The notes below the pieces were generated by a model. It was not told where the DNA came from. It did not search any database and saw only the letters and a list, made by a program, of their open reading frames with translations. The translations under genes were made by a program, and so were the position numbers. Positions 1 to 8,599 of a stretch of 57,875 nt of DNA are shown piece by piece (within the stretch, counting starts at the first letter, position 1; each line of letters starts with the position of its first letter). Source of the DNA: a virus. Lineage: Duplodnaviria > Caudoviricetes. The stretch spans positions 1 to 57,875 of the IMG/VR virus record IMGVR_UViG_3300008459_000051; one strand, written 5' to 3'.

Positions 1-149
1 CTGTCGCAAGGCGGCAGGTACTAGGCGTCGTCAGCATAGGGCTGGCGATACGAGCGGGGCGGGCCAGCATGACAACCTTTAGATGCGGTTTGGACTGGGG
101 TGTCGCGAAGAGTGTTGGCCCGCCCTTCTCGGTATAAAGGAGCAGATCA

Positions 150-425
150 ATGAGCGGGTACATCGTGGACCGGGTACAGGTACGAGATCCTGAGAACCAT
201 ACATGGCTGGGCATCGAGTCGGATCACTCCGACATGGATGGAGATGCCGCCTATGAAGTCAGCATGGGTGACATGGACGGCAGCATTCCCTATCTGATGC
301 ACCTTCGCCCCTCTCAGCTGGCCGACCTTGGCATCAAGCTGCTGGAGCTGGTGCATGGAGCTGGCAATATCCGCGTGACCGTGCAGCGTGCCGGCCTTCC
401 TGTGACGGAGACCATCAAGCTATGA
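150..425 (+). CDS. hypothetical phage protein
   Basis: 91 aa ORF with AAGGAG RBS; stop overlaps next start (ATGA). Confidence 0.7.
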   Translation: MSGYIVDRVQVRDPENHTWLGIESDHSDMDGDAAYEVSMGDMDGSIPYLMHLRPSQLADLGIKLLELVHGAGNIRVTVQRAGLPVTETIKL

Positions 426-541
426 CCTCGATTCAGGCGGCGTTCAACATCCCGCGAGACATCATGCTGATGCTGGTGGGGTTCGTGATAGGCTACGGAG
501 CAGCTGCTCTGACCTACACCATCAACCACATGGACGACTGA
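422..541 (+). CDS. small membrane protein (39 aa)
   Basis: Not in ORF track; reads MTSIQAAFNIPRDIMLMLVGFVIGYGAAALTYTINHMDD with one hydrophobic segment; ATGA and TGATG coupling on both sides. Confidence 0.6.
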   Translation: MTSIQAAFNIPRDIMLMLVGFVIGYGAAALTYTINHMDD

Positions 542-732
542 TGGCCACGCGCAAGAAGCCTTGTCAGATACCTGAGTGCGAACTTCTGACAGGAGGCCAC
601 TCGGGCTATTGCGTGGAACACCATGCAGCAGCCAAGAAGTGTGTCCTTGAGGGCTGCGAGAACTCGGTGGCTGGGTGGTCCCGCTCTGGATGCTGCTCTG
701 AGCATCGAGCGTTTGGGCGCACTCACCGCTAA
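541..732 (+). CDS. small Cys/His-rich protein with two putative zinc-binding repeats
   Basis: CQIPEC...YCVEH and CVLEGC...CCSEH; translationally coupled to upstream ORF. Confidence 0.65.
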   Translation: MATRKKPCQIPECELLTGGHSGYCVEHHAAAKKCVLEGCENSVAGWSRSGCCSEHRAFGRTHR

Positions 733-777
733 TCCTTCGGGCGGCACCCGACTTCCGCTAGGGGCTGCACCGAATCT

Positions 778-815
778 GATGCCCTCCCGGCCAATCCGTG
801 GAGGGCATCTCTTTT
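778..815 (+). terminator. putative intrinsic terminator
   Basis: GATGCCCTCC / GGAGGGCATC 10-bp inverted repeat followed by TCTTTT. Confidence 0.55.
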
Positions 816-824
816 GGGACTCAC

Positions 825-1001
825 ATGAACAACTGCTCTCTTTGCGACTGCCCGCTACTTACGCTCAAGGACGAGAAGCCTCGGCTGCGCTGCGCCCGAT
901 GTGCGCCAGCCTATTGGGAGATGTCTCCTCCGAGGGCCAAGAAGCTGGCTGATGCGTGGCTCGAAAGAACCAGGGAAAACTGCCGAGCTGGCACTAGATA
1001 G
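825..1001 (+). CDS. small zinc-ribbon-like hypothetical protein
   Basis: CSLC...CARC pairs; ATG at 825 preferred over GTG at 798. Confidence 0.5.
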   Translation: MNNCSLCDCPLLTLKDEKPRLRCARCAPAYWEMSPPRAKKLADAWLERTRENCRAGTR

Positions 1002-1016
1002 CAGGCAGGAGGTTGC

Positions 1017-1241
1017 ATGTACGCACCGAGCAAAGAGGCTATCCGCAAGGCAGAGCAAGAGCGTCATGAGGCTCTGTATAAGGTCGGCACTTGGCACCGC
1101 GTTGATCGTGGAGCCGTGGTCAAGGTGGAATCCATCACCGGCGGCGGCTGCTGGATGAGCTATCCCTACGGCGGGCGGACTTGGTATTCATTTGAGATCT
1201 TGGACATCCTCACCATCAAGGAGGCAGCCCGTGCAAAGTGA
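1017..1241 (+). CDS. hypothetical protein
   Basis: AGGAGG RBS, 74 aa. Confidence 0.65.
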   Translation: MYAPSKEAIRKAEQERHEALYKVGTWHRVDRGAVVKVESITGGGCWMSYPYGGRTWYSFEILDILTIKEAARAK

Positions 1242-1275
1242 GTCGCGTGCGTTAGGTTGTGGGGCTGGAGGATCT

Positions 1276-1491
1276 ATGCAGCGAACGATTGCACACCCTT
1301 GGATCTGGCACTGCCCAACCGCGCCTGAGCCTCAATATGCCGTCATGCGCTGGAAGGGCGGCAGCCTTTATGCTGGCCCGGTTGAGTCAGCGATAGCCTT
1401 TCCCCCTGAGCTTGTGGATGGCTCCTCCATGCTGGTCTGCTCGCGGGCTGAAGCCATGCGCCATGCCATGATGAGCAAGGTTTCATCGTAA
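1276..1491 (+). CDS. hypothetical protein
   Basis: GGAGG RBS before ATG 1276 within track ORF 1192..1491. Confidence 0.55.
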   Translation: MQRTIAHPWIWHCPTAPEPQYAVMRWKGGSLYAGPVESAIAFPPELVDGSSMLVCSRAEAMRHAMMSKVSS

Positions 1492-1542
1492 TCAATAAAA
1501 CACTCTGCGTAATAGCGCATGCCAACTGCAATTGGAGGTCAA

Positions 1543-2946
1543 GTGTCGACATACGAAGAATTTGTTTCCCAAAAACTGTTAGTCGTACCGGCAGCAGGTT
1601 TAGAGCGTGTTCCCAAGCTGGCAAAGCACCTGTTTCCTTTTCAGAGAGACATTGTGCGTTGGGCACTCAAGCGTGGCAGAGCTGCTATCTTTGCCGATTG
1701 CGGCATGGGCAAAAGCGCAATGCAACTTGAATGGGCTCACCAGCTCCATAAGCACACGGGCGGCGATGTTCTCATCCTGGCGCCTTTGGCGGTTGCTACT
1801 CAGACTGTGCGCGAAGGCATCAAGTTTGGCGTGCCGTGTAAGTATGCGCGGCATGGTCAAGATGTCGGCAAAGGCATCACTGTTGCGAACTACGAGATGC
1901 TGCATGCCTTTGACGCATCTCGTTTTGTTGGCGTAGTGCTTGACGAGTCCAGCATCATCAAGGCGTATGATGGTAAGACGCGCACGCAGATAATTGAAGC
2001 ATTTAAGCATACTCCGTATCGGTTGGCATGTACCGCTACGCCTGCCCCGAACGATCATGTGGAACTTGGAAATCACACAGAGTTTTTGGGCGTCATGTCG
2101 CGCACCGAGATGCTGGCTACGTTTTTTTGCCATGACGGAGGAGATACACAATCATGGAGGCTGAAGGGCCATGCCGAGGAAGAGTTCTGGCGATGGGTGT
2201 GCTCTTGGGCTGCGATGATCCGAAAGCCGTCCGATCTTGGCTACTCCGACGACTCGTTTACGCTTCCGCCGCTTGTCATGCATCAGCACGTTGTCAAGGT
2301 TGACCAGGCAGGTGCAAGAGCTGCGGGCCTGCTGTTTGTTACTGACGCCAAAACGCTTCAGGAGCAACGTGCCGCACGACGAGCTAGCCTCACGGATCGC
2401 GTATCCAAGTGCGCCAGTCTTATCAACAACAGCGACGACCAGTGGCTTGTGTGGTGCGAGCTGAACGATGAAGGAGATGCGCTTACCTACGCAATCAACG
2501 GCGCAACACAGATCAAGGGCTCCGACACACCAGAAGAAAAAGAAGCCCGCATGTTGGCGTTTTCAGATGGAGGCATTCGGGTGCTTGTTACCAAGCCGTC
2601 CATAGCTGGATTCGGCATAAACTGGCAGCACTGTGCAAACGTGGCTTTTGTGGGCGTTTCCCATTCCTACGAGCAGACTTATCAAGCCATCCGTCGATGC
2701 TGGCGGTTTGGCCAGCCCAGATCGGTCAATGTGCATGTCATCAGCGCGGAGACAGAAGGCGCAGTAACAACCAACCTGCAACGCAAGGAGCGAGATGCAC
2801 AGCGTATGGCTGATGCGATGGCAGAGCACATGCGCGACATTCAACAAGAGCAGATTACTGGAACCGCACGACAGTCGCTTGCCTATGAACCTCAGACGCA
2901 GATGATCGTCCCTCAATGGTGTGCCTCGCACACGTCGGAGTACTAA
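1543..2946 (+). CDS. SNF2-family (superfamily 2) helicase/ATPase
   Basis: Motif I ADCGMGKS, motif II LDES, motif III TATP, motif VI QAIRRCWRFGQ; GTG at 1543 follows GGAGG. Confidence 0.9.
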   Translation: MSTYEEFVSQKLLVVPAAGLERVPKLAKHLFPFQRDIVRWALKRGRAAIFADCGMGKSAMQLEWAHQLHKHTGGDVLILAPLAVATQTVREGIKFGVPCKYARHGQDVGKGITVANYEMLHAFDASRFVGVVLDESSIIKAYDGKTRTQIIEAFKHTPYRLACTATPAPNDHVELGNHTEFLGVMSRTEMLATFFCHDGGDTQSWRLKGHAEEEFWRWVCSWAAMIRKPSDLGYSDDSFTLPPLVMHQHVVKVDQAGARAAGLLFVTDAKTLQEQRAARRASLTDRVSKCASLINNSDDQWLVWCELNDEGDALTYAINGATQIKGSDTPEEKEARMLAFSDGGIRVLVTKPSIAGFGINWQHCANVAFVGVSHSYEQTYQAIRRCWRFGQPRSVNVHVISAETEGAVTTNLQRKERDAQRMADAMAEHMRDIQQEQITGTARQSLAYEPQTQMIVPQWCASHTSEY

Positions 2947-2947
2947 G

Positions 2948-3883
2948 ATGAAGGTTATCAACCAGCACGTCACTGACAACTTTGCGGTGTACCATGCGGA
3001 TTGTGTTGACGTGATCCGCACGATGCCGGACAACTCGCTTGACTTCTCAGTGTTCTCTCCTCCGTTTGCCAGCCTGTATACCTATAGCAACAGCCCGCGT
3101 GACATGGGGAACGTCCGCGACCATGCGGAGTTCTACGCGCACTTCAAGTTTTTGATTGGCGAGCTGTTGCGTGCGACGGTTCCTGGGCGGTTGGTATCGT
3201 TCCACTGCATGAACTTGCCGACAAGCAAGGCCCGCGATGGGTTTATTGGCATCACCGACTTTCGCGGCGAGCTGATCCGCATGTTCGTTGATGCAGGCTG
3301 GATCTTCCACTCCGAGGTCTGCATCTGGAAAGATCCTGTGACTGCCATGCAGCGGACAAAGGCGCTGGGCTTGCTGCACAAGCAGATCAAGAAGGATTCT
3401 TGCATGTCGCGGCAGGGCATCCCAGACTATCTTGTCACCATGCGTAAGCCCGGCGACAACCCCAAGCCTGTGACTAACACCAACGAGACATTCCCGGTGC
3501 AGCTGTGGCAGAAGTACGCTAGTCCCGTTTGGATGGACATTAATCCGTCTGACACGCTTCAGTATCGCAGTGCGCGAGAGGACAAGGATGAGCGGCATAT
3601 CTGTCCGTTGCAGCTAGAGGTCATTCGTCGTGCGCTCAAGCTCTGGTCGCGCCCTGGAGATACTGTGTTCTCTCCGTTCACAGGCATCGGGTCAGAGGGC
3701 TATGTGGCACTGCAAGAAGGCCGCAAGTTTGTCGGCGCCGAGCTAAAGGCGTCGTATTTTAAGCAGGCGTGTGCAAACTTGAGTAATGCGGTCTCACAAA
3801 AGGCGGGCATGCTGCCGATGTTTGCGGGCATGGAAAACACACCATCATCGACGGAAGATTTTGATGTTGAGTCCGATGAATGA
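2948..3883 (+). CDS. DNA N4-cytosine/N6-adenine methyltransferase (beta class)
   Basis: Catalytic SPPF near N-terminus; HICP and SAM-binding SPFTGIGS near C-terminus. Confidence 0.9.
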   Translation: MKVINQHVTDNFAVYHADCVDVIRTMPDNSLDFSVFSPPFASLYTYSNSPRDMGNVRDHAEFYAHFKFLIGELLRATVPGRLVSFHCMNLPTSKARDGFIGITDFRGELIRMFVDAGWIFHSEVCIWKDPVTAMQRTKALGLLHKQIKKDSCMSRQGIPDYLVTMRKPGDNPKPVTNTNETFPVQLWQKYASPVWMDINPSDTLQYRSAREDKDERHICPLQLEVIRRALKLWSRPGDTVFSPFTGIGSEGYVALQEGRKFVGAELKASYFKQACANLSNAVSQKAGMLPMFAGMENTPSSTEDFDVESDE

Positions 3884-4554
3884 CCTCCCATCGCAAGAAG
3901 AATCGACTCGGAGCGTATGCAGGGCTGGATCTTTCGTTAGCAGGCACGGGCGGGGTCATGTTGGACGGGCGCGGAGAGCTTGTCTCTGTGCTGGCCTTCT
4001 GCACTTCCAAGCGGGAGGTCGAGAAGGCCCAGGAGCCCCACCAGCTGGTGCTGTCGCCCCCAGTCAAGCAGGGGGATCCAAAGTCCATGTGGAAGCGCAC
4101 AGTCTTTGTGGCTGCCACCATTCGCGCATGGATGCAGGCCCATGCGGAGCCTGGATGCCTTGTCGGCATTGAGGATCACGCCTTCGGAGCCAGGGGGACC
4201 AGCATTTATCAGCTGGGCCACCTGCACGGCATGGTTCGACGGGATCTACAGGAGGCTGACAAGCACTGGCTCCTGATTGCTCCCACGGAGCTCAAGTCTG
4301 CTGTCACCGGCAAGGGCAATGCGGACAAGAACGCCATGATGAAGGTGCCGACCCCTAAGCTGGACCAGAAGGCGTTTGGTGCCTCGACCCGCAACAACGT
4401 GGTGGACGCTTACTGGCTGGCAAGGTGCGCTCACGCATGGGGAGAGCTTCACAGGGGCGGCATTCGCATGGGCGATCTGCCCGAGTCTATGAGCAAGGTC
4501 ATGCAACCCCACGCTAAGAAGCCAGGGCTGCTCAAGAGGGAGGTGCTGCCGTGA
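3880..4554 (+). CDS. RuvC-like Holliday junction resolvase
   Basis: GLDLSLAGTG, IED, PTELKSAVTGKGNADK and DAY motifs. Confidence 0.85.
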   Translation: MTSHRKKNRLGAYAGLDLSLAGTGGVMLDGRGELVSVLAFCTSKREVEKAQEPHQLVLSPPVKQGDPKSMWKRTVFVAATIRAWMQAHAEPGCLVGIEDHAFGARGTSIYQLGHLHGMVRRDLQEADKHWLLIAPTELKSAVTGKGNADKNAMMKVPTPKLDQKAFGASTRNNVVDAYWLARCAHAWGELHRGGIRMGDLPESMSKVMQPHAKKPGLLKREVLP

Positions 4555-4934
4555 TCGATGAAACCTCAGTAACAGTTCAACTGGATAACGCCCGGACAGC
4601 CTATCGCCATCTTGTGCGGATGGTGTGTGCTGCTGGGGCCGGCGACCGTATCACCTTGACGGGGCAAGATGATGGGCCGTTGGGATGGGTAGGTTTGGTA
4701 ACTGCCGTGGAGTATGCGCTCTCCAAGCATGCAGCAGAGGCAAAACACTGGAAGGATGAAGCCGCCAATCTCAAAGAAGATCTCCGCAAGGCCAAGACTG
4801 CGGCGTATGAGTTGCAATCCCGCAACAATAAGCTGCGCGACAACGCATCTTTGGATGAGGTGTTGGATAGCATCATTAGCAAGAAGGTGCGCCAAGCCTT
4901 TGCGGCTGCTGCCGAGGATCCCAATGCCGATTGA
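4551..4934 (+). CDS. hypothetical protein with coiled-coil segment
   Basis: GGAGG RBS, GTGA overlap, charged helical stretch. Confidence 0.65.
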   Translation: MIDETSVTVQLDNARTAYRHLVRMVCAAGAGDRITLTGQDDGPLGWVGLVTAVEYALSKHAAEAKHWKDEAANLKEDLRKAKTAAYELQSRNNKLRDNASLDEVLDSIISKKVRQAFAAAAEDPNAD

Positions 4935-4949
4935 TGCAGAGGTGCTGCC

Positions 4950-5977
4950 TTGACCTTGACCATAGGAAGCCTCTTCGCCGGCATTGGCGGGTTTGACCTT
5001 GGCTTTGAGATGGCAGGGTTTAAAACTGTCTGGCAGTGCGAGATCGACAAGGCAGCGCAGGGAGTGCTACGTCGGCACTTCCCTGAGGCCAAGCTGCATA
5101 GCGATGTGCGCGAGGTTGGGGCGCATAACCTAGAGCCGGTGGACGTGGTGACCTTTGGGAGTCCTTGCGTCGACTTGAGCCTGGCGGGCCAGCGTGCAGG
5201 ATTGGCTGGTGAGAGGAGTGGTTTGTTCCATGAAGCAACTAGGATTATTCGGGAGCTCCGTGAACGCTACGGAAAGCCTGACTTCGCCATCTGGGAAAAC
5301 GTCACGGGGGCGTTCAGCAGCAACCAAGGCGAGGACTTCGCTACAGTCATCAGGACGCTGGCTGACATCGGGGCGCTGGACATCGGATGGCGAGTTCTGG
5401 ACAGCAGCGGCTTCAACGTACCCCAACGACGCCAGCGAGTGTTCGTTGTTGCAGATTTTACAGGACGCCGTGCCAGTGAAGTTCTGGCTCTCACCGAAGG
5501 CATGTGCGGGCATTCTGCGAAGGGCCGACAAGCGGGGAAAACCAATAGTGCAGCCACTTCGGCAGGCGCTGGAAACGAACGCCTCCTTACCGGAGCCGTT
5601 ACCTCTAAGTGGTACAAGGGGGGGGGCCGAGTGGCGATGAGTGCTACAACTTGGTGCCAGCGTATGTGCCACAACAATCAGCCTGCTTGCAGACCACCTG
5701 CAATGACTATTCCCGAGCCGATGGATTCTGTGCCCTAGTTTTTGCAGGCTCCCGACTCATGGTGCGCCGCCTGACGCTGATTGAGACATCCCGCCTGCAA
5801 GCGTTCCCTGATGAGTGGAACACGCATGGGGTGAATGAGACGGGGGAGCTGTTTCCTCAATCAGACTCAGCCCGTTACCGCCAGCTTGGCAATGCCGTAA
5901 CAGTCAACGTAGCCGAATGGATAGCCAGGCGGCTTGCTGCTACCATGCAGCCTTCAAAGGAGACACCCAATGGCTGA
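4950..5977 (+). CDS. DNA cytosine-C5 methyltransferase, frameshifted at G9 tract (5618-5626)
   Basis: FAGIGG (I), GSPC (IV), ENV (VI), QRRQR (VIII) in ORF 4950..5738; RRLT..E..RLQAFPD (IX) and YRQLGNAV (X) in -1 frame ORF 5609..5977. Confidence 0.9.
5230..5640 (+). CDS. nested alternative-frame protein, M.EcoHK31I beta-polypeptide-like
   Basis: AGGAG upstream of ATG 5230; SLLQILQDAVPVKFWLSPKACAGILRRADKRGK resembles the out-of-frame subunit (recalled similarity). Confidence 0.65.
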   Translation: MKQLGLFGSSVNATESLTSPSGKTSRGRSAATKARTSLQSSGRWLTSGRWTSDGEFWTAAASTYPNDASECSLLQILQDAVPVKFWLSPKACAGILRRADKRGKPIVQPLRQALETNASLPEPLPLSGTRGGAEWR

Positions 5978-6284
5978 GAACCCCAAGCCCCCTGCCACTG
6001 TCCGCAACATCGCCAAGAATGCACTAGAGCGCCGAGCCGAGCATGGACGTGGAGGCACCGAGGTGGGTGTAGCTCGCGCCCGTGACCTTGCAGCAGGCAA
6101 GGGCATTCCCCTTGAGACCCTCAAGAGGATGAAGAGCTTCTTCGCCCGCCATTCCGTTGATCCCAAGGAGGACAAGACCTCCGCAGCCTCCATCGCATGG
6201 GGGCTCTGGGGTGGAACAGCTGGCCAGAAGTGGGCCAACGCTCAGGTCAACAAGATTGAGCGGGCCAAAGACAAGAAGAAGTAA
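5970..6284 (+). CDS. conserved basic phage protein of unknown function
   Basis: AAGGAG RBS; GGTEVGVARARDL...RMKSFFARH...AWGLWGG pattern recalled from other phage proteins. Confidence 0.75.
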   Translation: MAENPKPPATVRNIAKNALERRAEHGRGGTEVGVARARDLAAGKGIPLETLKRMKSFFARHSVDPKEDKTSAASIAWGLWGGTAGQKWANAQVNKIERAKDKKK

Positions 6285-6292
6285 CTATCTCG

Positions 6293-6368
6293 GCCCACAT
6301 AGCTCAGTTGGTAGAGCCGCTGCCTTGTAAACAGCAGGTCGCCCGTTCGATTCGGGCTGTGGGCTCCA
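6293..6368 (+). tRNA. trnT: tRNA-Thr(TGT)
   Basis: 76-nt cloverleaf: GCCCACA/TGTGGGC acceptor, AGCTCAGTTGGTAGAGC D arm, anticodon TGT, GTTCGA T loop, encoded CCA. Confidence 0.95.
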
Positions 6369-6413
6369 GACAACACCTCGGTGAGTAGCCAAGGCCCGAC
6401 GCCCTTCAGGTTC

Positions 6414-7343
6414 CTACTTGGAGGGCGTTTCCTCTTTTCGAGCCCCATAGAACTTGCCGTTCCAGACTGCCTGCCCATGCTGGAAGGTGATGGGATAGAT
6501 GTGCGGCCTGCCGGCCTCAGTCAGATAAACCACAGCGATCTGATGCACCCACCCCGCCTGCGCTCCATGCAGCCAGCCGGGGGAGAGCGTGCGCCCACAT
6601 CCCATGCCTACTGCCGTCGCATAGCCCCCCACCGTGGGCCTCGTATAGACCTGCGGCTTGTGGGTGTGCCCGTAGATCACCGTGCGCCCTGGACGGCCAT
6701 AGACATCCGCCATCTTGCCCCCATGGTACTTGCTGGGGCGCTCGCGGAGATCCTGATGCCCATGCGTCAGGTCCAGATCCCCCCGATGGATCGGCTGCTT
6801 GTGCTCAGGCACCCACTCCGCATCCACCGCCTTCATGTCCAGCCCTGTCTCGTAGGAGAGGCTGTCCTTGAGCGACGGCGCCTTGGCCATGATGAACCGA
6901 GTCAGCCGGCTCTCATGGTTGCCTTCCAAGTAGGTGATCTTGCAATCGTCCCCGACCAGCTCACGGAGCTCCTTCAGGGCCATCTTGCCGGCCTCAAAGT
7001 CCTCCGTTAGCTTCTCAAGATCACCGCCACCGTGCTGGGAGACTGATGCCATCTCAAGGAAGTCACCGAGCAGCACCAGCTCCGTCGGCTGGATGGCGGG
7101 GATCATCTCCTTGATGGTGGACCACACTGCTCGATCATGCTCTGGGAAGTGCATGTCCGAGAGGACCAACAGGCACTTGATGAACCCGTTGCGCCGATGG
7201 GCCTTGTCTACAACCCTCGACCGAGCACGAATGCAGGGGCGGCACGAATTACGGAAGCCGTCTGGCATCCTCTTGTCTGTCTTGAAGTTGACAGCATCAA
7301 GAGGTTTGGACTGTCCGCACTTTTTACAAGTCTTTTGCTCCAT
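6414..7343 (-). CDS. calcineurin-like metallophosphoesterase with N-terminal zinc finger
   Basis: SDMH, GD, GNHE, HGH, GHTH motifs; N-terminal CKKC...CRPC; start coupled to upstream stop (TGATG). Confidence 0.88.
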   Translation of the reverse strand: MEQKTCKKCGQSKPLDAVNFKTDKRMPDGFRNSCRPCIRARSRVVDKAHRRNGFIKCLLVLSDMHFPEHDRAVWSTIKEMIPAIQPTELVLLGDFLEMASVSQHGGGDLEKLTEDFEAGKMALKELRELVGDDCKITYLEGNHESRLTRFIMAKAPSLKDSLSYETGLDMKAVDAEWVPEHKQPIHRGDLDLTHGHQDLRERPSKYHGGKMADVYGRPGRTVIYGHTHKPQVYTRPTVGGYATAVGMGCGRTLSPGWLHGAQAGWVHQIAVVYLTEAGRPHIYPITFQHGQAVWNGKFYGARKEETPSK

Positions 7344-7804
7344 CACGGGAGCACCAGTACCACACCTACGCCTACACTTGCAGCACCAATCGAACCAACA
7401 CCCCAACGCACAGGTTCAGGAAGCGGCAGAACCAGTGCTGTTGCCAGCGCCAAGGTGCCGAGCACCCCGCCGACATAGCCAAGCACAGGCCAGAACGGAT
7501 CTCTAGGAGGATGTGGCACCAGCACCGGACAAGCCAAGGGCCACTTGCCCATCTCACTGCGGCACACACCCAAGTCCGTCTGAGCTTGCTTGAGTTGGAG
7601 CTTGAGGATCTCCCTCTCGCCCTCGCACTTGACCAGCTCAGTCACCAGCAGGTCGATGTCCTCTGCTGGGCAGTTCATTCGATCCGCAGGGATCGGATAG
7701 CAGCCCTGCCTAGGGAGTGGGGGCTGAAGGGCTGCCCGAGCAGGAAGCGGAAGAAGGGCCGCGCAGGCGGCAGATAGTGCGATTCGCTTTAGTTGCGGGA
7801 TCAC
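7343..7804 (-). CDS. exported/membrane protein, possibly spanin-like
   Basis: Signal-peptide-like N-terminus, coiled coil, hydrophobic C-terminus; overlaps 7710..8039. Confidence 0.5.
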   Translation of the reverse strand: MIPQLKRIALSAACAALLPLPARAALQPPLPRQGCYPIPADRMNCPAEDIDLLVTELVKCEGEREILKLQLKQAQTDLGVCRSEMGKWPLACPVLVPHPPRDPFWPVLGYVGGVLGTLALATALVLPLPEPVRWGVGSIGAASVGVGVVLVLP

Positions 7805-8039
7805 CTGTCATCTCCTCGACCATGCGGTGCTCGATGAGAGCGATCTCTTGTTCCATCGCGCTCCGGTGCTGTGCGGCTGACTCTTTCAACCGGGCCAACT
7901 CCACTTCCAACTGGGCGCGGAGTTCTCGGCGCGCTTCTTCCACTACTCGCCGCTTGGCCCAACCCCAAGCTCCAAGGGTAAGCCACACCAGCAGTAATAC
8001 GCACACCAGCACCCATCCCAACTGCTTCAGCTTTTCCAT
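7710..8039 (-). CDS. i-spanin-like membrane-anchored coiled-coil protein
   Basis: N-terminal TM helix then charged helix; overlapping downstream gene as in Rz/Rz1-type pairs. Confidence 0.5.
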   Translation of the reverse strand: MEKLKQLGWVLVCVLLLVWLTLGAWGWAKRRVVEEARRELRAQLEVELARLKESAAQHRSAMEQEIALIEHRMVEEMTGDPATKANRTICRLRGPSSASCSGSPSAPTP

Positions 8040-8275
8040 CAGCCCGCTGCCGGCTTCTCTTCTGCCTTCACTTCCTTCAGCAGTCGAGCCAGCTGGATCG
8101 CCTTGTCCAGGTTGATCGCGCCGACGTTCAGCACCGAGGCGGTGCCTGCCAGCATGGGCGACACAGCAACGCCCTCTGCCTGACGGCTGCGGATGATGTG
8201 GTTGGCAAACGAGGCCAGAGCCGACAGCACAGGAATCAGCCCGCCAAGGATCTGAAGCACATGGTCAAAGGTCAT
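8039..8275 (-). CDS. holin-like small membrane protein
   Basis: GAGGA RBS before ATG 8275; hydrophobic helices, charged C-terminus, lysis-type context. Confidence 0.45.
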   Translation of the reverse strand: MTFDHVLQILGGLIPVLSALASFANHIIRSRQAEGVAVSPMLAGTASVLNVGAINLDKAIQLARLLKEVKAEEKPAAG

Positions 8276-8317
8276 AGCGTTCCTCACAGTAAACTCGCCC
8301 AAGTACACAGTTGCCAC

Positions 8318-8599
8318 TTACGACTCCGCAAGCACCTGAACCTGCACGGCAGAGCCCGCAGTTCGCAGCCAGATCTTGGTAATGAACTGCCACTGCCAAT
8401 CCTGAACGCTGGAAGGGCTCAGGACGTTATCTAGAGCAGCTCCCGCATCCGAAACCCCGTCGAACGAGATGTAGGCCACATCGGCTTCATCCATGTTGCA
8501 GAAGCGGATGCGCTTGGCCTGCGGGAAGGGCAGAACGATGTCAGGGGCGGTGCTGTAGCTCGTCGCTGAGACGGTCAGCACCTGCGAATAGGTTGCCAT
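8318..8599 (-). CDS. hypothetical beta-rich protein
   Basis: 93 aa, AAGGAG RBS, TAATG coupling. Confidence 0.65.
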   Translation of the reverse strand: MATYSQVLTVSATSYSTAPDIVLPFPQAKRIRFCNMDEADVAYISFDGVSDAGAALDNVLSPSSVQDWQWQFITKIWLRTAGSAVQVQVLAES

